DNA of 64,000 bases from Eledone cirrhosa (taxonomy: Eukaryota). Location: contig OZ024740.1 in NCBI GenBank assembly GCA_964016885.1, forward strand, positions 35,588,001 through 35,652,000, given 5' to 3'. The notes under the pieces were generated by a model. It was not told the origin of the DNA. It saw only the letters and a program-made list of their open reading frames with translations, and ran no database searches. Of the stretch, positions 50,901 through 63,900 are shown piece by piece (positions within the stretch are counted from its first letter, which is position 1; every line of letters starts with the position of its first letter). The position numbers and the translations under genes were made by a program.

Positions 50901-53900
50901 GCCGACAGTTTGATGTAAGTGTTGTGGTTTAACAGCCGACTGTTAGATGTAAGGTGTTGTGGTTTAACAGGTGACAGTTAGATGTAAGGTGTTGTGTTTC
51001 AACAGGCGACAGTTAGATGTAAGTTGTTGTGTTTTAACATGTGACAGTTGTATGTAAGTTGTTGTGGTTTAACAGGCGACAGTTAGATGTATGGTGTTGT
51101 GGTTTAACAGGCGACAGTTATATGAAAGGTGTTGTGGTTTATCAGGTGACAGTTAGATGTATGGTGTTGTGGTTTAACAGGAGACAGTTAGATGTAAGGT
51201 GGTGTGGTTTAACAAACGACAGTTAGATGTAAGGTGTTGTGGTTCAACAGGCAACATATAGATGTAAGGTGTTGTGGTTTAACAGGTGACAGTTAGATGT
51301 TAGGTGTTGTCTTTCAACAGGTGACAGTCAGATGTAAGGTGTTGTGGTTTAACAGGTGACAGTTGTATGTAAGTTGTTGTGGTTTAACAGGCAACAGTTA
51401 GATGTAAGGTGTTGTGGTTTAACAGGCGACAGTTAGATGTAAGGTGTTGTGGTTTAACAGGTGACAGTTAGATGTAAGATGTTGTGGTTTAACAGGTGAC
51501 AGTTGTATGAAAGTTGTTGTGAGTCAACAGACGAGAGTTAAATGTAAGGTGTTGTGGTTTAACAGACGACAGTTAGATGTAATGTGTTGTTTAACAGACG
51601 TTAGTTAGATGTAAGGTGTAGTGGTTTAACAGGTGACAGTTAGATGTAAGGTGTTGTCGTTTAACAGGCGACAGTGAGGTATAAGTTGTTGTGTTTTAAC
51701 AGGCGACAGTGAGATGTAAGGTGTTGTGGTTTAACAGGCGACAGTGAGATGTAAGGTGTACTGGTTTAACAGGTGACAGTTAGATGTATGGTGTTGTCGT
51801 TAAACAGGCGACAGTTAGATGTAAGGTGTTGTGGTTCAACAGGCGACAGTTAGATGTAAGGTGTTGTGGTTTAACAGGCGACAGTGAGATGTAATGTGTT
51901 GTGATTTCGTAGGTGACAGTTAGATGTAAGGTGTTGTGGTTTAACAGGCGACAGTTAGATGTAAGGTGTTGTGGTTTAACAGGCGACAGTGAGATGTAAG
52001 GTGTTGTGGTTTAACAGGCGACAGTGAGATGTAAGGTGTAGTGGTTTAACAGGTGACAGTTAGATGTATGGTGTTGTCGTTAAACAGGCGACAGTTAGAT
52101 GGAAGGTGTTGTGGTTTCACAGGTGACAGTTAGATGTAAGGTGTTGTGGTTTAACAGGCGACAGTTAGATGTAAGGTGTTGTGGTTTAACAGGCGACAGT
52201 TAGATGTAAGGTGTTGTGGTTTAACAGGCGACAGTTAGATGTAAGTTGTTGTCGTTTAACACGCGACAGTTACATGGAAGGTGTTGTGGTTTAACAGGTG
52301 ACAGTTAGATGTAAGGTGTAGTGGTTTAACAGGTGACAGTTAGATGTAAGGTATAGTGGTTTAACAGGCGACAGCTAGATGTAAGGTGTTATGGTTCAAC
52401 AGGCGACAGTTAGATGTAAGGTGTCGATGTTTAACAGGTGACAGTTAGATGTAAGGTGTTGTGGTTTAAGAGGCGACAGTGAGATGTAAGGTGTTGTGGT
52501 TCAACAGGCGACAGTTAGATGTAAGGTGTTGAGGTTTAACAGGTGACAGTTAGATGTAAGGTGTTGTGGTTTAACATGCGACAGTGAGATGTAAGGTGTA
52601 GTTGGTTAACGGGTGACAGTTAGATGTAAGGTGTTGTCGTTTAACAGGCAACAGTTAGATGGAAGGTGTTGTGGTTTAACAGGTGACAGTTAGATGTAAG
52701 GTATAGTGGTTTAACAGGCGACAGTGAGATGTAAGGTGTTGTGGTTCAACAGGCGACAGTTAGATGTAAGGTTTTGTGGTTTAACAGGTGACAGTTAGAT
52801 GTAAGGTGTTGTAGTTTAACAGACGACAGTGAGATGTAAGGTGTTGTGGTTTAACAGGTGACAGTTAGATAAAAGATGTTGTGGTTTAACAGACGACAGT
52901 GAGATGTAAGGTGTTGTGGTTTAACAGGCGACAGTGAGATGTAAGGTGTTGTGGTTTAACAGGCGACAGTGAGATGTAAGGTGTTGTGGTATAACAGGTG
53001 ACAGTTAGATGTAAGATGTTATGGTTTAACAGACGACAGTTAGATGTATTGTGTTGTGGTTCAACAGACGACAGTTAGATGTATGGTGTTGTGGTTTAAC
53101 AGGCGACAGTTAGATGTAATGTGTTCTGGTTTATCAGGCAACAGTTAGATGTAAGGTGTTGTGGTTTAACAGGTGACAGTTAGATGTAAGGTGTAGTGGT
53201 GTAACAGACGACAGTTAGATGTAAGGTGTAGTGGTTTAACAGACGACAGTTAGATGTAAGGTGTAGTGGTTTAACAGACGACAGTTATATGTAAGGTGTT
53301 GTGGATTAACAGCCGACAGTTTGATGTAAGTGTTGTGGTTTAACAGCCGACTGTTAGATGTAAGGTGTTGTGGTTTAACAGGTGACAGTTAGATGTAAGG
53401 TGTTGTGTTTCAACAGGCGACAGTTAGATGTAAGTTGTTGTGTTTTAACATGTGACAGTTGTATGTAAGTTGTTGTGGTTTAACAGGCGACAGTTAGATG
53501 TATGGTGTTGTGGTTTAACAGGCGACAGTTATATGAAAGGTGTTGTGGTTTATCAGGTGACAGTTAGATGTATGGGGTTGTGGTTTAACAGGCGACAGTT
53601 AGATGTATGGTGTTGTGGTTTAACAGGAGACAGTTAGATGTAAGGTGGTGTGGTTTAACAAACGACAGTTAGATGTAAGGTGTTGTGGTTCAACAGGCAA
53701 CATATAGATGTAAGGTGTTGTGGTTTAACAGGTGACAGTTAGATGTTATGTGTTGTCTTTCAACAGGTGACAGTCAGATGTAAGGTGTTGTGGTTTAACA
53801 GGTGACAGTTGTATGTAAGTTGTTGTGGTTTAACAGGCAACAGTTAGATGTAAGGTGTTGTGGTTTAACAGGCGACAGTTAGATGTAAGGTGTTGTGGTT

Positions 53901-56900
53901 TAACAGGTGACAGTTAGATGTAAGATGTTGTGGTTTAACAGGTGACAGTTGTATGAAAGTTGTTGTGGTTCAACAGACGAGAGTTAAATGTAAGGTGTTG
54001 TGGTTTAACAGACGACAGTTAGATGTAATGTGTTGTTTAACAGACGTTAGTTAGATGTAAGGTGTAGTGGTTTAACAGGTGACAGTTAGATGTAAGGTGT
54101 TGTCGTTTAACAGGCGACAGTGAGATATAAGTTGTGTTTTAACAGGCGACAGTGAGATGTAAGGTGTTGTGGTTTAACAGGCGACAGTGAGATGTAAGGT
54201 GTAGTGGTTTAACAGGTGACAGTTAGATGTATGGTGTTGTCGTTAAACAGGCGACAGTTAGATGTAAGGTGTTGTGGTTCAACAGGCGACAGTTAGATGT
54301 AAGGTGTTGTGGTTTAACAGGCGACAGTGAGATGTAATGTGTTGTGATTTCGTAGGTGACAGTTAGATGTAAGGTGTTGTGGTTTAACAGGCGACAGTTA
54401 GATGTAAGGTGTTGTGGTTTAACAGGCGACAGTGAGATGTAAGGTGTAGTGGTTTAACAGGTGACAGTTAGATGTATGGTGTTGTCGTTAAACAGGCGAC
54501 AGTTAGATGGAAGGTGTTGTGGTTTCACAGGTGACAGTTAGATGTAAGGTGTTGTGGTTTAACAGGCGACAGTTAGATGTAAGGTGTTGTGGTTTAACAG
54601 GCGACAGTTAGATGTAAGGTGTTGTGGTTTAACAGGCGACAGTTAGATGTAAGGTGTTGTCGTTTAACACGCGACAGTTACATGGAAGGTGTTGTGGTTT
54701 AACAGGTGACAGTTAGATGTAACGTGTAGTGGTTTAACAGGTGACAGTTAGATGTAAGGTATAGTGGTTTAACAGGCGACAGCTAGATGTAAGGTGTTAT
54801 GGTTCAACAGGCGACAGTTAGATGTAAGGTGTTGATGTTTAACAGGTGACAGTTAGATGTAAGGTGTTGTGGTTTAAGAGGCGACAGTGAGATGTAAGGT
54901 GTTGTGGTTCAACAGGCGACAGTTAGATGTAAGGTGTTGAGGTTTAACAGGTGACAGTTAGATGTAAGGTGTTGTGGTTTAACATGCGACAGTGAGATGT
55001 AAGGTGTAGTTGGTTAACGGGTGACAGTTAGATGTAAGGTGTTGTCGTTTAACAGGCAACAGTTAGATGGAAGGTGTTGTGGTTTAACAGGTGACAGTTA
55101 GATGTAAGGTATAGTGGTTTAACAGGCGACAGTGAGATGTAAGGTGTTGTGGTTCAACAGGCGACAGTTAGATGTAAGGTTTTGTGGTTTAACAGGTGAC
55201 AGTTAGATGTAAGGTGTTGTGGTTTAACAGACGACAGTGAGATGTAAGGTGTTGTGGTTTAACAGGTGACAGTTAGATAAAAGATGTTGTGGTTTAACAG
55301 ACGACAGTGAGATGTAAGGTGTTGTGGTTTAACAGGCGACAGTGAGATGTAAGGTGTTGTGGTTTAACAGGCGACAGTGAGATGTAAGGTGTTGTGGTTT
55401 AACAGGCGACAGTGAGATGTAAGGTGTTGTGGTTTAACAGGTGACAGTTAGATGTATGATGTTGTCGTTAAACAGGCGACAGTTAGATGTAAGGTGTTGT
55501 GGTTCAACAGGCGACAGTTAGATGTAAGGTGTTGTGGTTTCACAGGTGATAGTTAGATGTAAGGTGTTGTGGTTTAACAGACGACAGTTAGATGTATTGT
55601 GTTGTGGTTCAACAGACGACAGTTAGATGTAAGGTTTTGTGGTTTAACAGGTGACAGTTAGATGTAAGGTGTTGTGGTTTAACAGGCGACAGTGAGATGT
55701 AAGGTGTTGTGGTTTAACAGGTGACAGTTAGATGTAAGATGTTATGGTTTAACAGACGACAGTTAGATGTATTGTGTTGTGGTTCAACAGACGACAGTTA
55801 GATGTATGGTGTTGTGGTTTAACAGGCGACAGTTATATGTAAGTGGTTGTGGTTTAACAGGTGACAGTTAGATGTAAGGTGTTGTGGTTTAACAGGTGAC
55901 AGTTAGACGTAAGGTGTAGGGGTTTAACAGGCAACAGTTAGATGTAAGGTGTTGTGGTTTAACAGGCGACAGTTAGATGTAATGTGTTCTGGTTTATCAG
56001 GCAACAGTTAGATGTAAGGTGTTGTGGTTTAACAGGTGACAGTTAGATGTAAGGTGTAGTGGTGTAACAGACGACAGTTAGATGTAAGGTGTAGTGGTTT
56101 AACAGACGACAGTTAGATGTAAGGTGTAGTGGTTTAACAGACGACAGTTATATGTAAGGTGTTGTGGATTAACAGCCGACAGTTTGATGTAAGTGTTGTG
56201 GTTTAACAGCCGACTGTTAGATGTAAGGTGTTGTGGTTTAACAGGTGACAGTTAGATGTAAGGTGTTGTGTTTCAACAGGCGACAGTTAGATGTAAGTTG
56301 TTGTGTTTTAACATGTGACAGTTGTATGTAAGTTGTTGTGGTTTAACAGGCGACAGTTAGATGTATGATGTTGTGGTTTAACAGGCAACAGTTATATGAA
56401 AGGTGTCGTGGTTTATCAGGTGAGAGTTAGATGTATGGGGTTGTGGTTTAACAGGCGACAGTTAGATGTATGGTGTTGTGGTTTAACAGGAGACAGTTAG
56501 ATGTAAGGTGGTGTGGTTTAACAAACGACAGTTAGATGTAAGGTGTTGTGGTTCAACAGGCAACATATAGATGTAAGGTGTTGTGGTTTAACAGGTGACA
56601 GTTAGATGTTATGTGTTGTCTTTCAACAGGTGACAGTCAGATGTAAGGTGTTGTGGTTTAACAGGTGACAGTTGTATGTAAGTTGTTGTGGTTTAACAGG
56701 CAACAGTTAGATGTAAGGTGTTGTGGTTTAACAGGCGACAGTTAGATGTAAGGTGTTGTGGTTTAACAGGTGACAGTTAGATGTAAGATGTTGTGGTTTA
56801 ACAGGTGACAGTTGTATGAAAGTTGTTGTGGTTCAACAGACGAGAGTTAAATGTAAGGTGTTGTGGTTTAACAGACGACAGTTAGATGTAATGTGTTGTT

Positions 56901-57900
56901 TAACAGACGTTAGTTAGATGTAAGGTGTAGTGGTTTAACAGGTGACAGTTAGATGTAAGGTGTTGTCGTTTAACAGGCGACAGTGAGATATAAGTTGTGT
57001 TTTAACAGGCGACAGTGAGATGTAAGGTGTTGTGGTTTAACAGGCGACAGTGAGATGTAAGGTGTAGTGGTTTAACAGGTGACAGTTAGATGTATGGTGT
57101 TGTCGTTAAACAGGCGACAGTTAGATGTAAGGTGTTGTGGTTCAACAGGCGACAGTTAGATGTAAGGTGTTGTGGTTTAACAGGCGACAGTGAGATGTAA
57201 TGTGTTGTGATTTCATAGGTGACAGTTAGATGTAAGGTGTTGTGGTTTAACAGGCGACAGTTAGATGTAAGGTGTTGTGGTTTAACAGGCGACAGTGAGA
57301 TGTAAGGTGTTGTGGTTTAACAGGCGACAGTGAGATGTAAGGTGTAGTGGTTTAACAGGTGACAGTTAGCTGTATGGTGTTGTCGTTAAACAGGCGACAG
57401 TTAGATGGAAGGTGTTGTGGTTTCACAGGTGACAGTTAGATGTAAGGTGTTGTGGTTTAACAGGCGACAGTTAGATGTAAGGTGTTGTGGTTTAACAGGC
57501 GACAGTTAGATGTAAGGTGTTGTGGTTTAACAGGCGACAGTTAGATGTAAGGTGTTGTCGTTTAACAGGCGACAGTTACATGGAAGGTGTTGTGGTTTAA
57601 CAGGTGACAGTTAGATGTAAGGTGTAGTGGTTTAACAGGTGACAGTTAGATGTAAGGTATAGTGGTTTAACAGGCGACAGCTAGATGTAAGGTGTTATGG
57701 TTCAACAGGCGACAGTTAGATGTAAGGTGTTGATGTTTAACAGGTGACAGTTAGATGTAAGGTGTTGTGGTTTAAGAGGCGACAGTGAGATGTAAGGTGT
57801 TGTGGTTCAACAGGCGACAGTTAGATGTAAGGTGTTGAGGTTTAACAGGTGACAGTTAGATGTAAGGTGTTGTGGTTTAACAGGCGACAGTGAGATGTAA
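35384..57900 (+). repeat. Domain of ~8 tandem shorter HOR copies, 69-83 monomers each (2.4-2.9 kb), lacking the CCTGG/ATGAGTC module
   Basis: The marker block occurs at 35384, 38285, 40766, 43318, 45764, 48315, 51041, 53452 and 56315. Spacings are 2901, 2481, 2552, 2446, 2551, 2726, 2411 and 2863, i.e. 83, 71, 73, 70, 73, 78, 69 and 82 monomers after indel correction. Confidence 0.9.
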
Positions 57901-60900
57901 GGTGTAGTTGGTTAACGGGTGACAGTTAGATGTAAGGTGTTGTCGTTTAACAGGCAACAGTTAGATGGAAGGTGTTGTGGTTTAACAGGTGACAGTTATA
58001 TGTAAGGTATAGTGGTTTAACAGGCGACAGTGAGATGTAAGGTGTTGTGGTTCAACAGGCGACAGTTAGATGTAAGGTTTTGTGGTTTAACAGGTGACAG
58101 TTAGATGTAAGGTGTTGTGGTTTAACAGGCGACAGTGAGATGTAAGGTGTTCTGGTTTAACAGGTGACAGTTAGATGTAAGATGTTATGGTTTAACAGAC
58201 GACAGTTAGATGTAATGTGTTGTGGTTCAACAGACGACAGTTAGATGTATGGTGTTATGGTTTAAGAGGCGACAGTTATATGTAAGGGGTTGTGGTTTAA
58301 CAGGTGACAGTTAGATGTAAGGTGTTGTGGTTTAACAGTTGACAGTTAGATGTAAGGTGTAGGGGTTTAACAGGCAACAGTTAGATGTAAGGTATTGTGG
58401 TTTAACAGGCGACAGTTAGATGTAATGTGTTCTGGTTTAACAGGTGACAGTTAGATGTAAGCTGTTGTGGTTTAACAGGCGACAGTGAGATGTAAGGCGT
58501 TGTGGTTTAACAGGCGACAGTTAGATGTAAGGTGTTGTGTTTCAACAGGCGACAGTTAGATGTAAGTTGTTGTGTTTTAACATGTGACAGTTGTATGTAA
58601 GTTGTTGTGGTTTAACAGGCGACAGTTAGATGTATGGTGTTGTGGTTTAACAGACGACAGTTAGATGTAACGTGTTGTGGTTTAACAGGTGACAGTTAGA
58701 TGTAAGGTGTTGTGGTTTAACAGGCGACAGTGAGATATAAGGTGTAGTTGGTTAACGGGTGACAGTTAGATGTAAGGTGTTGTCGTTTAACAGGCAACAG
58801 ATAGATGGAAGGTGTTGTGGTTTAACAGGTGACAGTTAGATGTAAGGTATAGTGGTTTAACAGGCGACAGTGAGATGTAAGGTGTTGTGGTTCAACAGGC
58901 GACAGTTAGATGTAAGATGTTGTGGTTTAACAGACGACAGTGAGATGTAAGGTGTTGTCGTTTAACAGGCGACAGTGAGAGGTAAGGCGTTGTCGTTTAA
59001 CAGGCGACAGTTAGATGTAAGTTGTTGTGTTTTAACATGTGACAGTTGTATGTAAGTTGTTGTGGTTTAACAGGCGACAGTTAGATGTATGGTGTTGTGG
59101 TTTAACAGGCGACAGTTATATGAAAGGTGTTGTGGTTTATCAGGTGACAGTTAGATGTATGGGGTTGTGGTTTAACAGGCGACAGTTAGATGTATGGTGT
59201 TGTGGTTTAACAGGAGACAGTTACATGTAAGGTGGTGTGGTTTAACAAACGACAGTTAGATGTAAGGTGTTGTGGTTCAACAGGCAACATATAGATGTGA
59301 GGTGTTGTGGTTTAACAGGTGACAGTTAGATGTTAGGTGTTGTCTTTCAACAGGTGATAGTCAGATGTAAGATGTTGTGGTTTAACAGGTGACAGTTGTA
59401 TGTAAGTTGTTGTGGTTTAACAGGCAACAGTTAGATGTAAGGTGTTGTGGTTTAACAGGCGACAGTTAGATGTAAGGTGTTGTTGTTTAACAGGTGACAG
59501 TTAGATGTAAGATGTTGTGGTTTAACAGGTGACAGTTGTATGAAAGTTTTTGTGGTTCAACAGACGAGAGTTAAATGTAAGGTGTTGTGGTTTAACAGAC
59601 GACAGTTAGATGTAATGTGTTGTTTAACAGACGTTAGTTAGATGTAAGGTGTAGTGGTTTAACAGGTGACAGTTAGATGTAAGGTGTTGTCGTTTCACAG
59701 GCGACAGTGAGATATAAGTTGTTGTGTTTTAACAGGCGACAGTGAGATGTAAGGTGTTGTGGTTTAACAGGCGACAGTGAGATGTAAGGTGTAGTGGTTT
59801 AACAGGTGACAGTTAGATGTATGGTGTTGTCGTTAAACAGGCGACAGTTAGATGTAAGGTGTTGTGGTTCAACAGGCGACAGTTAGATGTAAGGTGTTGT
59901 GGTTTAACAGGCGACAGTGAGATGTAATGTGTTGTGATTTCATAGGTGACAGTTAGATGTAAGGTGTTGTGGTTTAACAGGCGACAGTTAGATGTAAGGT
60001 GTTGTGGTTTAACAGGCGACAGTGAGATGTAAGGTGTTGTGGTTTAACAGGCGACAGTGAGATGTAAGGTGTAGTGGTTTAACAGGTGACAGTTAGATGT
60101 ATGGTGTTGTCGTTAAACAGGCGACAGTTAGATGGAAGGTGTTGTGGTTTAACAGGCGACAGTTAGATGTAAGGTGTTGTGGTTTAACAGGCGACAGTTA
60201 GATGTAAGGTGTTGTGGTTTAACAGGCGACAGTTAGATGTAAGGAGTTGTCGTTTAACAGGCGACAGTTACATGGAAGGTGTTGTGGTTTAACAGGTGAC
60301 AGTTAGATGTAAGGTGTAGTGGTTTAACAGGTGACAGTTAGATGTAAGGTATAGTGGTTTAACAGGCGACAGCTAGATGTAAGGTGTTATGGTTCAACAG
60401 GCGACAGTTAGATGTAAGGTGTTAATGTTTAACAGGTGACAGTTAGATGTAAGGTGTTGTGGTTTAAGAGGCGACAGTGAGATGTAAGGTGTTGTGGTTC
60501 AACAGGCGACAGTTAAATGTAAGGTGTTGAGGTTTAACAGGTGACAGTTAGATGTAAGGTGTTGTGGTTTAACAGGCGACAGTGAGATGTAAGGTGTAGT
60601 TGGTTAACGGGTGACAGTTAGATGTAAGGTGTTGTCGTTTAACAGGCAACAGATAGATGGAAGGTGTTGTGGTTTAACAGGTGACAGTTAGATGTAAGGT
60701 ATAGTGGTTTAACAGGCGACAGTGAGATGTAAGGTGTTGTGGTTCAACAGGCGACAGTTAAATGTAAGATGTTGTGGTTTAACAGACGACAGTGAGATGT
60801 AAGGTGTTGTGGTTTAACAGGCGACAGTGAGAGGTAAGGCGTTGTCGTTTAACAGGCGACAGTGAGATGTAAGGTGTTGTGGTTTAACAGGCGACAGTGA

Positions 60901-63900
60901 GATGTAAGGTGTAGTGGTTTAACAGGTGACAGTTAGATGTATGATGTTGTCGTTAAACAGGCGACAGTTAGATGTAAGGTGTTGTGGTTCAACAGGCGAC
61001 AGTGAGATGTAAGGTGTTGTGGTTTCACAGGTGATAGTTAGATGTAAGGTGTTGTGGTTTAAGAGGCGACAGTTAGATGTAAGGTGTTGTGGTTCAACAG
61101 GCGACAGTTAGATGTATGGTGTTGTGGTTGAACAGGTGACAGTTAGATGTAAGGTGTTGTTGTTTAACAGGCGACAGTGAGATGTAAGGTGTAGTGGGTT
61201 AACGGGTGACAGTTAGATGTAAGGTGTTGTCGTTTAACAGGCAACAGTTAGATGGAAGGTGTTGTGGTTTAACAGGTGACAGTTATATGTAAGGTATAGT
61301 GGTTTAACAGGCGACAGTGAGATGTAAGCTGTTGTGGTTCAACAGGCGACAGTTAGATGTAAGGTTTTGTGGTTTAACAGGTGACAGTTAGATGTAAGGT
61401 GTTGTGGTTTAACAGGCGACAGTGAGATGTAAGGTGTTGTGGTTTAACAGGTGACAGTTAGATGTAAGATGTTATGGTTTAACAGACGACAGTTAGATGT
61501 AATGTGTTGTGGTTCAACAGACGACAGTTAGATGTATGGTGTTGTGGTTTAAGAGTCGACAGTTATATGTAAGTGGTTGTGGTTTAACAGGTGACAGTTA
61601 GATGTAAGGTGTTGTGGTTTAACAGGTGACAGTTAGATGTAAGGTGTAGGGGTTTAACAGGCAACAGTTAGATGTAAGGTATTGTGGTTTAACAGGCGAC
61701 AGTTAGATGTAATGTGTTCTGGTTTAACAGGTGACAGTTAGATGTAAGGTGTTGTGGTTTAACAGGCGACAGTGAGATGTAAGGCGTTGTGGTTTAACAG
61801 GCGACAGTTAGATATAAGGTGTTGTGTTTCAACAGGCGACAGATAGATGTAAGTTGTTGTGTTTTAACATGTGACAGTTGTATGTAAGTTGTTGTGGTTT
61901 AACAGGCGACAGTTAGATGTATGGTGTTGTGGTTTAACAGGCAACAGTTAGATGTAAGGTGTAGTGGTTTAACAGACGACAGTTAGATGTAACGTGTTGT
62001 GGTTTAACAGGTGACAGTTAGATGGAAGGTGTTGGGGTTCAACAGGCGACAGTTAGATGGAAGGTGTTGTGGTTTAACAGGTGACAGTTAGATGTAAGGT
62101 GTACTGGTTTAACAGGCGACAGTGAGATGTAAGGTGTTTTGGTTTAACAGACGACAGTGAGATGTAAGGTGTTGTGGTTTAAAAGGTGTCAGTTCGATGT
62201 AAGGTGTTGTGATTTAACAGGTGACAGTTAGATGCAAGGTGTAGGAGTTTAACAAGCAACAGTTAGATGTAAGGTGTTGTGGTTTAACAGGTGACAGTTA
62301 GATGGCAGATTTGTGGTTCAACAGGCGACAGTTAGATGTAAGGTGTAGTGGTTTAACAGACGACAGTTAGATGTAAGGTGTAGTGGTTTAACAGAAGACA
62401 GTTAGATGTAAGGTGTAGTGGGTCAACAGGCGACAGTTAGATATAAGGTGTCCTGGTTTAACAGACGACAGTTAGATCTAAGTTTTAGTGGTTTAACAGA
62501 CGACAGTTAGATGTAAGCTGTAGTGGTTCAACAGACGACAGTTACATGTAAGGTGTTGTGGTTTAACAGGTGAAAGTTAGATGTAAGGTGTAGTGGTTTA
62601 ACAGACGGCAGTTAGATGTAAGGTGTAGTGGTTTAATAGGCGACAGTTAGATGTAAGGTGTAGTGGTTTAACAGACGAGAGTTAAATGTAAGGTGTTGTG
62701 GTTTAACAGGCGACAGTTAGATGTAAGGTGTTGTGGTTTAACAGACGTCAGTTAGATGTAAGGTGTTGTGGTTCAACGGACGAGAGTTAAATGTAAGGTG
62801 TTGTGGTTTAACAGACGACAGTTAGATGTAATGAGTCGTTTAACAGTTGTTAGTTAGATGTAAGGTGTAGTGGTTTAACAGGTGACAGTTAGATGTAAGG
62901 TGTTGTCGTTTAACAGGCGACAGTTAGATGGAAGGTGTTGTGGTTCAACATGCGACAGTTAGATGTATGGTGTTGTGGATTAACAGGCGACAGTGACATG
63001 TAAGATGTTGTGGTTTAACAGGCGACAGTGAGATGTAGGGTGTTGTGGTTTAACAGGTGACAGTGAGATGTAAGGTGTTGTGGTTCAACAGGCGACAGTT
63101 AGATGTATGGTGTTGTGGTTTAACAGGCGACAGTGACATGTAAGATGTTGTGGTTTAACAGGCGACAGTGAGATGTAAGGTGTAGTGGTTTAACAGGTGA
63201 CAGTTAGATGTAAGGTATAGTGGTTTAACAGGCGACAGTTAGATGTAAGGTGTTGTGGTTTAAGAGGCGACAGTGAGATGTAAGGTGTTGTGGTTCAACA
63301 GGCGACAGTTAGATGTAAGGTGTTGAGGTTTAACAGGTGACAGTTAGATGTAAGGTGTTGTGGTTTAACAGGCGACAGTAAGATGTAAGGTGTAGTTGGT
63401 TAACGGGTGACAGTTAGATGTAAGGTGTTGTCGTTTAACAGGCAACAGATAGATGGAAGGTGTTGTGGTTTAACAGGTGACAGTTAGATGTAAGGTATAG
63501 TGGTTTAACAGGCGACAGTGAGATGTAAGGTGTTGTGGTTCAACAGGCGACAGTTAAATGTAAGATGTTGTGGTTTAACAGACGACAGTGAGATGTAAGG
63601 TGTTGTGGTTTAACAGGCGACAGTGAGAGGTAAGGCGTTGTCGTTTAACAGGCGACAGTGAGATGTAAGGTGTTGTGGTTTAACAGGCGACAGTGAGATG
63701 TAAGGTGTAGTGGTTTAACAGGTGACAGTTAGATGTATGATGTTGTCGTTAAACAGGCGACAGTTAGATGTAAGGTGTTGTGGTTCAACAGGCGACAGTG
63801 AGATGTAAGGTGTTGTGGTTTCACAGGTGATAGTTAGATGTAAGGTGTTGTGGTTTAAGAGGCGACAGTTAGATGTATGGTGTTGTGGTTGAACAGGTGA

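Noticed and set aside
2144-59230. Twenty near-identical 61-63 aa ORFs (MTVVCKLLWFNRRQLDVWCC...) as a multicopy small Cys/Trp-rich protein family
   Set aside because: They are translations of the satellite itself. The monomer is 35 bp (not a multiple of 3) and carries TAA/TAG. The ORF exists only where TAAG-to-TATG-type variants happen to remove stops for ~5 monomers. It starts at GTG with no promoter, RBS or unique context, and the homologous copy at ~56315 is interrupted by a TGA.
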